DNA of 64,000 nucleotides from Eledone cirrhosa (Eukaryota), in assembly GCA_964016885.1 (NCBI GenBank), contig OZ024743.1, positions 177,010,001 through 177,074,000 on the forward strand, written 5' to 3'. Both the position numbers and the translations under genes were made by a program. The notes under the pieces were generated by a model, which was given only the letters and a program-made list of their open reading frames with translations, was not told the DNA's origin and did no database searches. The first letter of the stretch is position 1. Each line of letters starts with the position of its first letter. Positions 1-12,642 of this stretch are shown here, piece by piece.

Positions 1-3000
1 TGGAGAGTCTGTCACTCTCTACCACAACTGAGATATACCACCTAGACTGGGGTGTAGAGTCTGTCACTCTCTACCACAGCTGAGATATACCACCTAGACT
101 GGGGTGTAGAGTCTGTTACTCTCTACCACAGCTGAGATATACCACCTAGACTGGGGTGTTGAGTCTGTCACTCCCTACCAGAGCTGAGATATACCACCTA
201 GACTGGGGTGTTGAGTTTGTCACTCCCTACTTCAGCTGAGATATACCACCTAGACTGGGGTGTTGAGTCTGTCACTCCCTACCACACCTGAGATATACCA
301 CCTAGACTGGGGTGTTGAGTCTGTCACTCCCTACCACAGCTGAGATATACCACCTGGACTGGGGTGTTGAGTCTGTCACTCCCTACCACAGCTGAGATAT
401 ACCACCTAGACTGGGGTGTAGAGTCTGTCACTCTCTACCACAGCTGAGATATACCACCTAGATGGGGTGTTGAGTCTGTCACTTACAGCTGAGATATACC
501 ACCTTGACTGGGGTGTTGAATCTGTCACTCCCTACCACAGCTGAGATATACCACCTAGACTGGGATGTAGAGTCTGTCACTCCCTACCACAACTGAGATA
601 TACCACCTAGACTGGGGTGTTGAGTCTGTCACTCTCTACCACAGCTGAGATATACCACCTAGACTGGGGTGTAGAGTCTGTCACTCCCTACCAGTGCTGA
701 GATATACCACCTAGACTGGGGTGTTGAGTCTGTCACTCCCTACCACAGCTGAGATATACCACCTAGACAGGGGTGTAGAGTCTGTCACTCCCTACCACAA
801 CTGAGATATACCACTTAGACTGGGGTGTTGAGTCTGTCACTTACAGCTGAGATATACCACCTAGACTGGGGTGTAGAGTCTTTCGCTCCCTACCACAGAT
901 GAGATATACCACCTAGACTGGGGTGTTGAGTCTGTCACTCCCTACCACAGCTGAGATATACCACCTAGACTGGGATGTAGAGTCTGTCACTCCCTACCAC
1001 AACTGAGATATACCACCTAGACTGGGGTGTTGAGTCTGTCACTCTCTACCACAGCTGAGATATACCACCTAGACTGGGGTGTTGAGTCTGTCACTCTCTA
1101 CCACAGCTGAGATATACCACCTGGACTGGGGTGTAGAGTCTGTCACTCCCTACCACAGCTGAGATATACCACCTAGACTGGGCTGTAGAGTCTGTCACTC
1201 CCTACCACAGCTGAGATATACCACCTAGACTGGGGTGTTGAGTTTGTCACTCCTTACCACAGCTGAGATATACCACCTAGACTGGGGTGTAGAGTCTGTC
1301 ACTCTCTACCACAGCTGAGATATACCACCTAGACTGGGGTGTTGAGTCTGTCACTCCCTACCACAGCTGAGATATACCACCTAGACTGGGGTGTAGAGTC
1401 TGTCACTCACTACCACAGCTGAGATATACCAACTAGACTGGGGTGTTGAGTCTGTCACTTTCTACCACAGCTGAGATATACCACCTAGACTGGGGTGTAG
1501 AGTCTGTCACTCTCTACCACAGCTGAGATATACCACCTAGACTGGGGTGTTGAGTTTGTCACTCCTTACCACAGCTGAGATATACCACCTAGACTGGGGT
1601 GTAGAGTCTGTCACTCTCTACCACAGCTGAGATATACCACCTAGACTGGGGTGTTGAGTCTGTCACTCCCTACCACAGCTGAGATATACCACCTAAACTG
1701 GGGTGTTGAGTCTGTCACTTTCTACCACAGCTGAGATATACCACCTAGACTGGGGTGTTGAATCTGTCACTCCCTACCACAGCTGAGATATACCACCTAG
1801 ACTGGGGTGTAGAGTCTGTCACTCTCTACCACAGCTGAGATATACCACCTAGACTGGGGTGTTTAGTCTGTCACTCTCTACCACAGCTGAGATATACCAC
1901 CTAGACTGGGGTGTAGAGTCTGTTACTCTCTACCACAGCTGAGATATACCACCTAGACTGGGGTTTTGAGTCTGTCACTCCCTACCAGAGCTGAGATATA
2001 CCACCTAGACTGGGGTGTTGAGTTTGTCACTCCCTACTTCAGCTGAGATATACCACCTAGACTGGGGTGTTGAGTCTGTCACTCCCTACCACACCTGAGA
2101 TATACCACCTAGACTGGGGTGTTGAGTCTGTCACTCCCTACCACAGCTGAGATATACCACCTGGACTGGGGTGTTGAATCTGTCACTCTCTACCACAGCT
2201 GAGATATACCACCTAGACAGGGGTGTAGAGTCTGTCACTCCCTACCACAACTGAGATATACCACTTAGACTTTGGTGTTGAGTCTGTCACTTACAGCTGA
2301 GATATACCACCCTGACTGGGGTGTTGAATCTGTCACTCCCTACCACAGCTGAGATATACCACCTAGACTGGGGTGTTGAGTCTGTCACTCCCTACCACAG
2401 CTGAGATATACCACCTGGACTGGGGTGTTGAGTCTGTCACTCCCTACCACAGCTGAGATATACCACCTAGACTGGGGTGTAGAGTCTGTCACTCTCTACC
2501 ACAGCTGAGATATACCACCTAGATGGGGTGTTGAGTCTGTCACTTACAGCTGAGATATACCACCTTGACTGGGGTGTTGAATCTGTCACTCCCTACCACA
2601 GCTGAGATATACCACCTAGACTGGGATGTAGAGTCTGTCACTCCCTACCACAACTGAGATATACCACCTAGACTGGGGTGTTGAGTCTGTCACTCTCTAC
2701 CACAGCTGAGATATACCACCTAGACTGGGGTGTAGAGTCTGTCACTCCCTACCAGTGCTGAGATATACCACCTAGACTGGGGTGTTGAGTCTGTCACTCC
2801 CTACCACAGCTGAGATATACCACCTAGACTGGGGTGTTGAGTCTGTCACTCTCTACCACAGCTGAGATATACCACCTAGACAGGGGTGTAGAGTCTGTCA
2901 CTCCCTACCACAACTGAGATATACCACTTAGACTGGGGTGTTGAGTCTGTCACTTACAGCTGAGATATACCACCTAGACTGGGGTGTAGAGTCTTTCGCT

Positions 3001-6000
3001 CCCTACCACAGATGAGATATACCACCTAGACTGGGGTGTTGAGTCTGTCACTCCCTACCACAGCTGAGATATACCACCTAGACTGGGATGTAGAGTCTGT
3101 CACTCCCTACCACAACTGAGATATACCACCTAGACTGGGGTGTTGAGTCTGTCACTCTCTACCACAGCTGAGATATACCACCTAGACTGGGGTGTTGAGT
3201 CTGTCACTCTCTACCACAGCTGAGATATACCACCTGGACTGGGGTGTAGAGTCTGTCACTCCCTACCACAGCTGAGATATACCACCTAGACTGGGCTGTA
3301 GAGTCTGTCACTCCCTACCACAGCTGAGATATACCACCTAGACTGGGGTGTTGAGTTTGTCACTCCTTACCACAGCTGAGATATACCACCTAGACTGGGG
3401 TGTAGAGTCTGTCACTCTCTACCACAGCTGAGATATACCACCTAGACTGGGGTGTTGAGTCTGTCACTCCCTACCACAGCTGAGATATACCACCTAGACT
3501 GGGGTGTAGAGTCTGTCACTCACTACCACAGCTGAGATATACCAACTAGACTGGGGTGTTGAGTCTGTCACTTTCTACCACAGCTGAGATATACCACCTA
3601 GACTGGGGTGTAGAGTCTGTCACTCTCTACCACAGCTGAGATATACCACCTAGACTGGGGTGTTGAGTTTGTCACTCCTTACCACAGCTGAGATATACCA
3701 CCTAGACTGGGGTGTAGAGTCTGTCACTCTCTACCACAGCTGAGATATACCACCTAGACTGGGGTGTTGAGTCTGTCACTCCCTACCACAGCTGAGATAT
3801 ACCACCTAAACTGGGGTGTTGAGTCTGTCACTTTCTACCACAGCTGAGATATACCACCTAGACTGGGGTGTTGAATCTGTCACTCCCTACCACAGCTGAG
3901 ATATACCACCTAGACTGGGGTGTAGAGTCTGTCACTCTCTACCACAGCTGAGATATACCACCTAGACTGGGGTGTTTAGTCTGTCACTCTCTACCACAGC
4001 TGAGATATACCACCTAGACTGGGGTGTAGAGTCTGTTACTCTCTACCACAGCTGAGATATACCACCTAGACTGGGGTTTTGAGTCTGTCACTCCCTACCA
4101 GAGCTGAGATATACCACCTAGACTGGGGTGTTGAGTTTGTCACTCCCTACTTCAGCTGAGATATACCACCTAGACTGGGGTGTTGAGTCTGTCACTCCCT
4201 ACCACACCTGAGATATACCACCTAGACTGGGGTGTTGAGTCTGTCACTCCCTACCACAGCTGAGATATACCACCTGGACTGGGGTGTTGAATCTGTCACT
4301 CTCTACCACAGCTGAGATATACCACCTAGACAGGGGTGTAGAGTCTGTCACTCCCTACCACAACTGAGATATACCACTTAGACTTTGGTGTTGAGTCTGT
4401 CACTTACAGCTGAGATATACCACCCTGACTGGGGTGTTGAATCTGTCACTCCCTACCACAGCTGAGATATACCACCTAGACTGGGATGTAGAGTCTGTCA
4501 CTCCCTACCACAACTGAGATATACCACCTAGACTGGGGTGTTGAGTCTATAACTCTCTACCACAGCTGAGATATACCACCTAGACTGGGGTGTTGAGTCT
4601 GTCACTCTCTACCACAGCTGAGATATGCCACCTGGACTGGGGTGTAGAGTCTGTCACTCCCTACCACAGCTGAGATATACCACCTAGACTGGGCTGTAGA
4701 GTCTGTTACTCCCTACCACAGCTGAGATATACCACCTAGATGGGGTGTTGAGTCTGTCACTCCCTACCACAGCTGAGATATACCACCTAGACTGGGGTGT
4801 TGAGTCTGTACCTTTCTACCACAGCTGAGATATACCACCTAGACTGGGGTGTAGAGTCTGTCACTCACCACCACAGCTGAGATATACCACCTAGACTGGG
4901 GTGTTGAGTTTGTCACTCCTTACCACAGCTGAGATATACCACCTAGACTGGGGTGTAGAGTCTGTCACTCTCTACCACAGCTGAGATATACCACCTAGAC
5001 TGGGGTGTTGAGTCTGTCACTCCCTACCACAGCTGAGATATACCACCTAAACTGGGGTGTTGAGTCTGTCACTTTCTACCACAGCTGAGATATACCACCT
5101 AGACTGGGGTGTTGAATCTGTCACTCCCTACCACAGCTGCGATATACCACTTAGACAGGGGTGTAGAGTCTGTCACTCTCTACCACAGCTGAGATATACC
5201 ACCTAGACTGGGGTGTTTAGTCTGTCACTCTCTACCACAGCTGAGATATACCACCTAGACTGGGGTGTAGAGTCTGTTACTCTCTACCACAGCTGAGATA
5301 TACCACCTAGACTGGGGTGTTGAGTTTGTCACTCCCTACCACAGCTGAGATATACCACCTAGACTGGGGTGTTGAGTCTGTCACTTTCTACCACAGCTGA
5401 GATATACCACCTAGACTGGGGTGTTGAATCTGTCACTCCCTACCACAGCTGAGATATACCACCTAGACTGGGATGTAGAGTCTGTCACTCCCTACCACAA
5501 CTGAGATATACCACCTAGACTGGGGTGTTGAGTCTGTCACTCTCTACCACAGCTGAGATATACCACCTAGACTGGGGTGTAGAGTCTGTCACTCCCTACC
5601 AGTGCTGAGATATACCACCTAGACTGGGGTGTTGAGTCTGTCACTCCCTACCACAGCTGAGATATACCACCTAGACTGGGGTGTTGAGTCTGTCACTCTC
5701 TACCACAGCTGAGATATACCACCTAGACAGGGGTGTAGAGTCTGTCACTCCCTACCACAACTGAGATATACCACTTAGACTGGGGTGTTGAGTCTGTCAC
5801 TTACAGCTGAGATATACCACCTAGACTGGGGTGTAGAGTCTTTCGCTCCCTACCACAGATGAGATATACCACCTAGACTGGGGTGTTGAGTCTGTCACTC
5901 CCTACCACAGCTGAGATATACCACCTAGACTGGGATGTAGAGTCTGTCACTCCCTACCACAACTGAGATATACCACCTAGACTGGGGTGTTGAGTCTGTC

Positions 6001-9000
6001 ACTCTCTACCACAGCTGAGATATACCACCTAGACTGGGGTGTTGAGTCTGTCACTCTCTACCACAGCTGAGATATACCACCTGGACTGGGGTGTAGAGTC
6101 TGTCACTCCCTACCACAGCTGAGATATACCACCTAGACTGGGCTGTAGAGTCTGTCACTCCCTACCACAGCTGAGATATACCACCTAGACTGGGGTGTTG
6201 AGTTTGTCACTCCTTACCACAGCTGAGATATACCACCTAGACTGGGGTGTAGAGTCTGTCACTCTCTACCACAGCTGAGATATACCACCTAGACTGGGGT
6301 GTTGAGTCTGTCACTCCCTACCACAGCTGAGATATACCACCTAGACTGGGGTGTAGAGTCTGTCACTCACTACCACAGCTGAGATATACCAACTAGACTG
6401 GGGTGTTGAGTCTGTCACTTTCTACCACAGCTGAGATATACCACCTAGACTGGGGTGTAGAGTCTGTCACTCTCTACCACAGCTGAGATATACCACCTAG
6501 ACTGGGGTGTTGAGTTTGTCACTCCTTACCACAGCTGAGATATACCACCTAGACTGGGGTGTAGAGTCTGTCACTCTCTACCACAGCTGAGATATACCAC
6601 CTAGACTGGGGTGTTGAGTCTGTCACTCCCTACCACAGCTGAGATTATACCACCTAAACTGGGGTGTTGAGTCTGTCACTTTCTACCACAGCTGAGATAT
6701 ACCACCTAGACTGGGGTGTTGAATCTGTCACTCCCTACCACAGCTGAGATATACCACCTAGACTGGGGTGTAGAGTCTGTCACTCTCTACCACAGCTGAG
6801 ATATACCACCTAGACTGGGGTGTTTAGTCTGTCACTCTCTACCACAGCTGAGATATACCACCTAGACTGGGGTGTAGAGTCTGTTACTCTCTACCACAGC
6901 TGAGATATACCACCTAGACTGGGGTTTTGAGTCTGTCACTCCCTACCATAGCTGAGATATACCACCTAGACTGGGGTGTTGAGTTTGTCACTCCCTACTT
7001 CAGCTGAGATATACCACCTAGACTGGGGTGTTGAGTCTGTCACTCCCTACCACACCTGAGATATACCACCTAGACTGGGGTGTTGAGTCTGTCACTCCCT
7101 ACCACAGCTGAGATATACCACCTGGACTGGGGTGTTGAATCTGTCACTCTCTACCACAGCTGAGATATACCACCTAGACAGGGGTGTAGAGTCTGTCACT
7201 CCCTACCACAACTGAGATATACCACTTAGACATTGGTGTTGAGTCTGTCACTTACAGCTGAGATATACCACCCTGACTGGGGTGTTGAATCTGTCACTCC
7301 CTACCACAGCTGAGATATACCACCTAGACTGGGATGTAGAGTCTGTCACTCCCTACCACAACTGAGATATACCACCTAGACTGGGGTGTTGAGTCTATAA
7401 CTCTCTACCACAGCTGAGATATACCACCTAGACTGGGGTGTTGAGTCTGTCACTCTCTACCACAGCTGAGATATGCCACCTGGACTGGGGTGTAGAGTCT
7501 GTCACTCCCTACCACAGCTGAGATATACCACCTAGACTGGGCTGTAGAGTCTGTTACTCCCTACCACAGCTGAGATATACCACCTAGATGGGGTGTTGAG
7601 TCTGTCACTCCCTACCACAGCTGAGATATACCACCTAGACTGGGGTGTTGAGTCTGTACCTTTCTACCACAGCTGAGATATACCACCTAGACTGGGGTGT
7701 AGAGTCTGTCACTCACCACCACAGCTGAGATATACCACCTAGACTGGGGTGTTGAGTTTGTCACTCCTTACCACAGCTGAGATATACCACCTAGACTGGG
7801 GTGTAGAGTCTGTCACTCTCTACCACAGCTGAGATATACCACCTAGACTGGGGTGTTGAGTCTGTCACTCCCTACCACAGCTGAGATATACCACCTAAAC
7901 TGGGGTGTTGAGTCTGTCACTTTCTACCACAGCTGAGATATACCACCTAGACTGGGGTGTTGAATCTGTCACTCCCTACCACAGCTGCGATATACCACTT
8001 AGACAGGGGTGTAGAGTCTGTCACTCTCTACCACAGCTGAGATATACCACCTAGACTGGGGTGTTTAGTCTGTCACTCTCTACCACAGCTGAGATATACC
8101 ACCTAGACTGGGGTGTAGAGTCTGTTACTCTCTACCACAGCTGAGATATACCACCTAGACTGGGGTGTTGAGTTTGTCACTCCCTACCACAGCTGAGATA
8201 TACCACCTAGACTGGGGTGTTGAGTCTGTCACTTTCTACCACAGCTGAGATATACCACCTAGACTGGTGTGTTGAGTCTGTCACTCCCTACCACAGCTGA
8301 GATATACCACCTAGACTGGGGTGTAGAGTCTGTCACTCTCTACCACAGCTGAGATATACCACCTAGACTGGGGTGTTGAGTCTGTCACTCCCTACCACAG
8401 CTGAGATATACCACCTAGACTGGGGTGTTGAGTCTGTCACTTTCTACCACAGCTGAGATATACCACCTAGACTTGGGTGTAGAGTCTGTCACTCTCTACC
8501 ACAGCTGAGATATACCACCTAGACTGGGGTGTTGAGTCTGTCACTTTCTACCACAGCTGAGATATACCACCTAGACTGGGGTGTTGTGTCTGTCACTCCC
8601 TACCAGAGCTGAGATATACCACCTAGACTGGGGCGTTGAGTCTGTCACTCCCTACCACAGCTGAGATATACCACCTAGACTGGGGTGTTGAGTCTGTCAC
8701 TTTCTACCACAGCTGAGATATACCACCTAGACTGGGGTGTTGAATCTGTCACTCTCTACCACAGCTGAGATATACCACCTAGACTGGGGTGTAGAGTCTG
8801 TCACTCCCTACCACCTAGACTGGGGTGTTGAGTCTGTCACTCCCTACCACAGCTGAGATATACCACCTAGACTGGGGTGTTGAGTCTGTCACTCCCTACC
8901 ACAGCTGAGATATACCACCTAGACTGGGGTGGAGAGTCTGTCACTCTCTACCACAGCTGAGATATACCACCTAGACTGCGGTGTTGAGTCTGTCACTCCC

Positions 9001-9606
9001 TACCACAGCTGAGATATACCACCTAGACTGGGGTGGAGAGTCTGTCACTCTCTACCACAACTGAGATATACTACCTAGACAGGGGTGTAGAGTCTGTCAC
9101 TCCCTACCACAAATGAGATATACCACCTAGACTGGGGTGTTGAGTCTGTCACTTACAGCTGAGATATACCACCTAGACTGGGGTGTAGAGTCTGTCACTT
9201 CCTACCACAGCTGAGATATACCACCTAGACTGGGGTGTAGAGTCTTTCACTCCCTACCACAGCTGAGATATACCACCTAGACTGGGGTGTTGAGTCTGTC
9301 ACTCCCTACCACAACTGAGATATACCACCTAGACTGGGGTGTTGAGTCTGTCACTCCCTACCACAGCTGAGATATACCACCTAGACTGGGGTGTTGAGTC
9401 TGTCACTCCCTACCACAGCTGAGATATACCACCTAGACTGGGGTGTTGAGTCTGTCACTCCCTACCAGAGCTGAGATATATCACCTAGACTGGGGTGTTG
9501 AGTCTGTCACTCCCTACCACAGCTGAGATATACCACCTAGACTGGGGTGTAGAGTCTGTCACTCCCTACCACAGCTGAGATGTACCACCTAGACTGGGAT
9601 GTAGAG
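1..9606. repeat. 52-bp tandem satellite (~185 monomers, open at the window start) with higher-order repeat blocks
   Basis: Consensus AGCTGAGATATACCACCTAGACTGGGGTGT(T/A)GAGTCTGTCACTC(C/T)CTACCAC. AGATATA recurs at 31 and 83 (period 52). Occasional 46-bp deletion monomers (GTCACTTACAGCTG). Confidence 0.98.
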
Positions 9607-10958
9607 ATGGGAACTCCTATACACAATTGATCTAATGCTCATAGCTGAATCAATGGCTGAACTAGAGAAGAAATTCCAAACATGGAAGCATGGCCTAGAA
9701 TCAAAAAGCCTTAAAATTAACCTGTCTAAGACTAAAGTTCTAGTTTGTAGGAAGGAAAATAGGGCACCGGTCCCATCTGGGAAATAGCCATGCTCAGTGT
9801 GTAGGAAAGGAGTAGGCAGAAACTCCATTTTATGTCCCAAATGCAAAGTATGGGTGCATAAAAGATGTAGTGGGATCACAAGTAAGCTAACTAAGAATAT
9901 AGATTTTATATGTGGCCGGTGCTCAGGTGCAATAAGTAGCAGCAAGTGCCCACAGAATACTAGCTCATTCCATTGCACAGATGGTTCTATAGAAATAGTG
10001 GACACCTTCCGTTAACTGGGTGACAAAATCAGCAGTGGTGGAGGGTGCTCTGAAAGTACAGTAGCTAGAGTCAGAACGGCATGGAAAAAGTTCAGAGAGC
10101 TTATACCACTATTGGCCGCTAAAGGGTTCTCTCTAAAAATGAAAAGCAGGCTGTATGATGCCTGCATACGAACAGCAATGTTACATGGCAGTGAGACCTG
10201 GGCATTGTGTGCAGAGGATATACGCAGACTGGAGAGGAACGAAGCTTGCATGCTCCGCTGGATGTGTAATAGTAATATACGTGAACAGCAAAGCATAAAC
10301 GAACTAAGGGAGAAATTAGGAATAAGAGGGATCGGATGTTGTTTACTCGAGAGAAGACTACGTTGGTATGGTCACGTGATGCGCATGAAAGACGACAGCT
10401 GTATAAAAAAGTGCAGAGCGATAAAATAGATGGTAACCACGGAGTAGGCAGACCCAGCGAAACCTGGGACGACTTGATAAATTCCGACCTCACACACTTA
10501 CACCTCTCCAAGACAATATCACTGGACCGAGATATTTGGCACTACACAGTAATACAGAAGACCTGCCTTGCCTAAGTACAAAGCGAAACCTACAGTCAGT
10601 AGGCACCTCTAACAAAAATACACCCCCGTCCCACTACCCCCACCCCATCCACACCACCCCGTTCAATGTAAAGTTATGTTGGTACCACAACATCCAGGCC
10701 GAAACAAATGAGGTTGTGTAGGTGTCACGACAAAAAAAAAACACAGTCCACGCTGTAATGTGGCCGTGTACGTAACATGGTAAAAACCTCCTAGTCCACA
10801 CTGTAAACGTGGTTGGTGTTAGGAAGGGCATCTAGCCGTAGAAAACCTGCCAGACAGTCCTATACGAGCAAGACAACCACTCTTGCCTCAAGTGGGAAAA
10901 TTTCCGTCCAAACCCATGCAAGCGTGGAAGATGGAGGTTAAACGATGATGATGATGAT
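9607..10958 (+). mobile_element. 5'-truncated, decayed RTE-clade non-LTR retrotransposon (RT C-terminus, 3' UTR, (GAT)n tail)
   Basis: Homologous to the copy at 37132-40912. In-frame stops at ~9786 and ~10013 and a frameshift at ~10427. Ends GTTAAAC(GAT)n next to (TA)n. Confidence 0.93.
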
Positions 10959-11100
10959 ATATATATATATAGAGAGAGAGAGAGACAGATAGATGGTCGA
11001 CTGAATAAGCACGTGTTTATTTACCCCCAATTATATTTCTCTTTTTTCCCCCATTCCTTCCTCTTATCAATCTTTACTTTCTATTCATCTTCTATTTCTT

Positions 11101-11140
11101 ACTATCTTCTGATGAAGGACTAGTGTCTGAAACGTTAACA
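11101..11140 (+). ncRNA. Minimal hammerhead-like motif in a probable Penelope pLTR remnant (~10995-11235)
   Basis: CTGATGA-aGGAC-tagt-GTCT-GAAA-CG-TTA. Stem I is weak. Confidence 0.55.
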
Positions 11141-11252
11141 CTCTCTTTCTGCTATTTCAAGTATTAAACTAATATATTTCTTCCATGTACTGCACTACTT
11201 GTTTTGTTATTTTCGTTTTTTCTGTTTATCCTTTACATACATACATATATAA

Positions 11253-11317
<65 letters not shown>

Positions 11318-11321
<4 letters not shown>

Positions 11322-12642
11322 AAGGCACCGGTCCCTTCCGGGAAATGGCCATGCTCAGTGTGTAGGAAAGGCGTAGGTAGAAACTCCATTTTATGTCCCA
11401 AATGCGAAGTATGGGTGCACAAAAGATGTAGTGGGATCACAGGTAAGCTAACTAAGAACACAGATTTTACATGTGGCCGGTGCTCTGCTGCAATAAGTAG
11501 CAGCAAGTGCCCACTAAATACTAGCTCTTTCAACTGCGCAGAGGGTTCTATAGAAATAGTGGACAGCTTCCGTTACCTGGGCGACAAAATCAGCAGTGGG
11601 GGAGGGTGCTCCGAAAGTACAGTAGCTAGAGTCAGAACTGGATGGAAAAAGTTCAGAGAGCTTATACCACTATTAGCCGCTAAAGGGTTCTCCCTAAAAG
11701 TGAAAGGCAGGTTGTATGATGCCTGCATACGAACAGCAATGTTGCATGGCAGTGAGACCTGGGCATTGTGTGCAGAGGATATACGCAGACTAGAGAGGAA
11801 CGAAGCTTGCATGCTCCGCTGGATGTATAATAGTAATATACGCAAACGGCAAAGCATAAACGAACTAAGGAAAAAATTAGAAATAAGAGGGATCAGATGT
11901 TGTTTACTCGAGAGAAGGCTACGTTGGTATGGTCACGTGATGCGCATGAAAGACGACAGCTGTATAACAAAGTGCAGGGCAATAAAGATAGATGGTAGCC
12001 ACGGAGTAGGCAGACCCAGAAAAACCTGGGACGAGCTGATAAATTCCGACCTCACACACTTACACCTCTCCAAGACAATGTCACTGGACCGAGACCTTTG
12101 GCGGTACTCAGTAACAGAGAAGACCCGCGTTACCTAAATACAAAGTAAAACCTACTACAGTCAGTAGGCATCTCTATCAAAACACACCCCCGTCCCACCA
12201 CCCCCACCCCATCCACACCGCCCCTTTCAATGTAAAGTTATGTTGGTGCCACAAAATCCAGCCGAAACAAATGAGATCGTGTAGGTGTCACGAAAAAAAA
12301 ACACACAGTCCACGCTGTAATGTGACCGTGTAGGCAACACGGTAAAAACGTCCCAGTCCCACACTGTAAATGTGGTTGGTGTTAGGAAGGGCATCCAGCT
12401 GTAGAAAACCTGCCAGACAGTCCACGCTGTAATGTGGCCGTGTAGGCAACACGGTAAAAACCTCCCAGCCCCACACTGTAAATGTGGTTGGTGTTAGGAA
12501 GGGCATCCAACTGTAGAAAACCCGCCAGACAGTCCTATGCGAGCAAGACAACCACTCTTGCCTCAAGTGGGAAAACTCCCGTCCAAACCCATGCAAGCAT
12601 GGAACACGGACGTTAAACGATGATGATGATGATGATGATGAT
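11318..12642 (+). mobile_element. 5'-truncated RTE copy with an open C-terminal ORF (11358-12137) and a 112-bp tandem duplication in the 3' UTR
   Basis: Translation FRYLGDKISSGGGC...RRLRWYGHVMRM...GRPRKTW. (GAT)n tail. (TA)n on both flanks. Confidence 0.94.

Noticed and set aside
1-9606. CRISPR array or repetitive coding region
   Set aside because: No unique spacers and no cas genes. The 52-bp period is not a multiple of 3 and the ORF track shows no ORF within the array.
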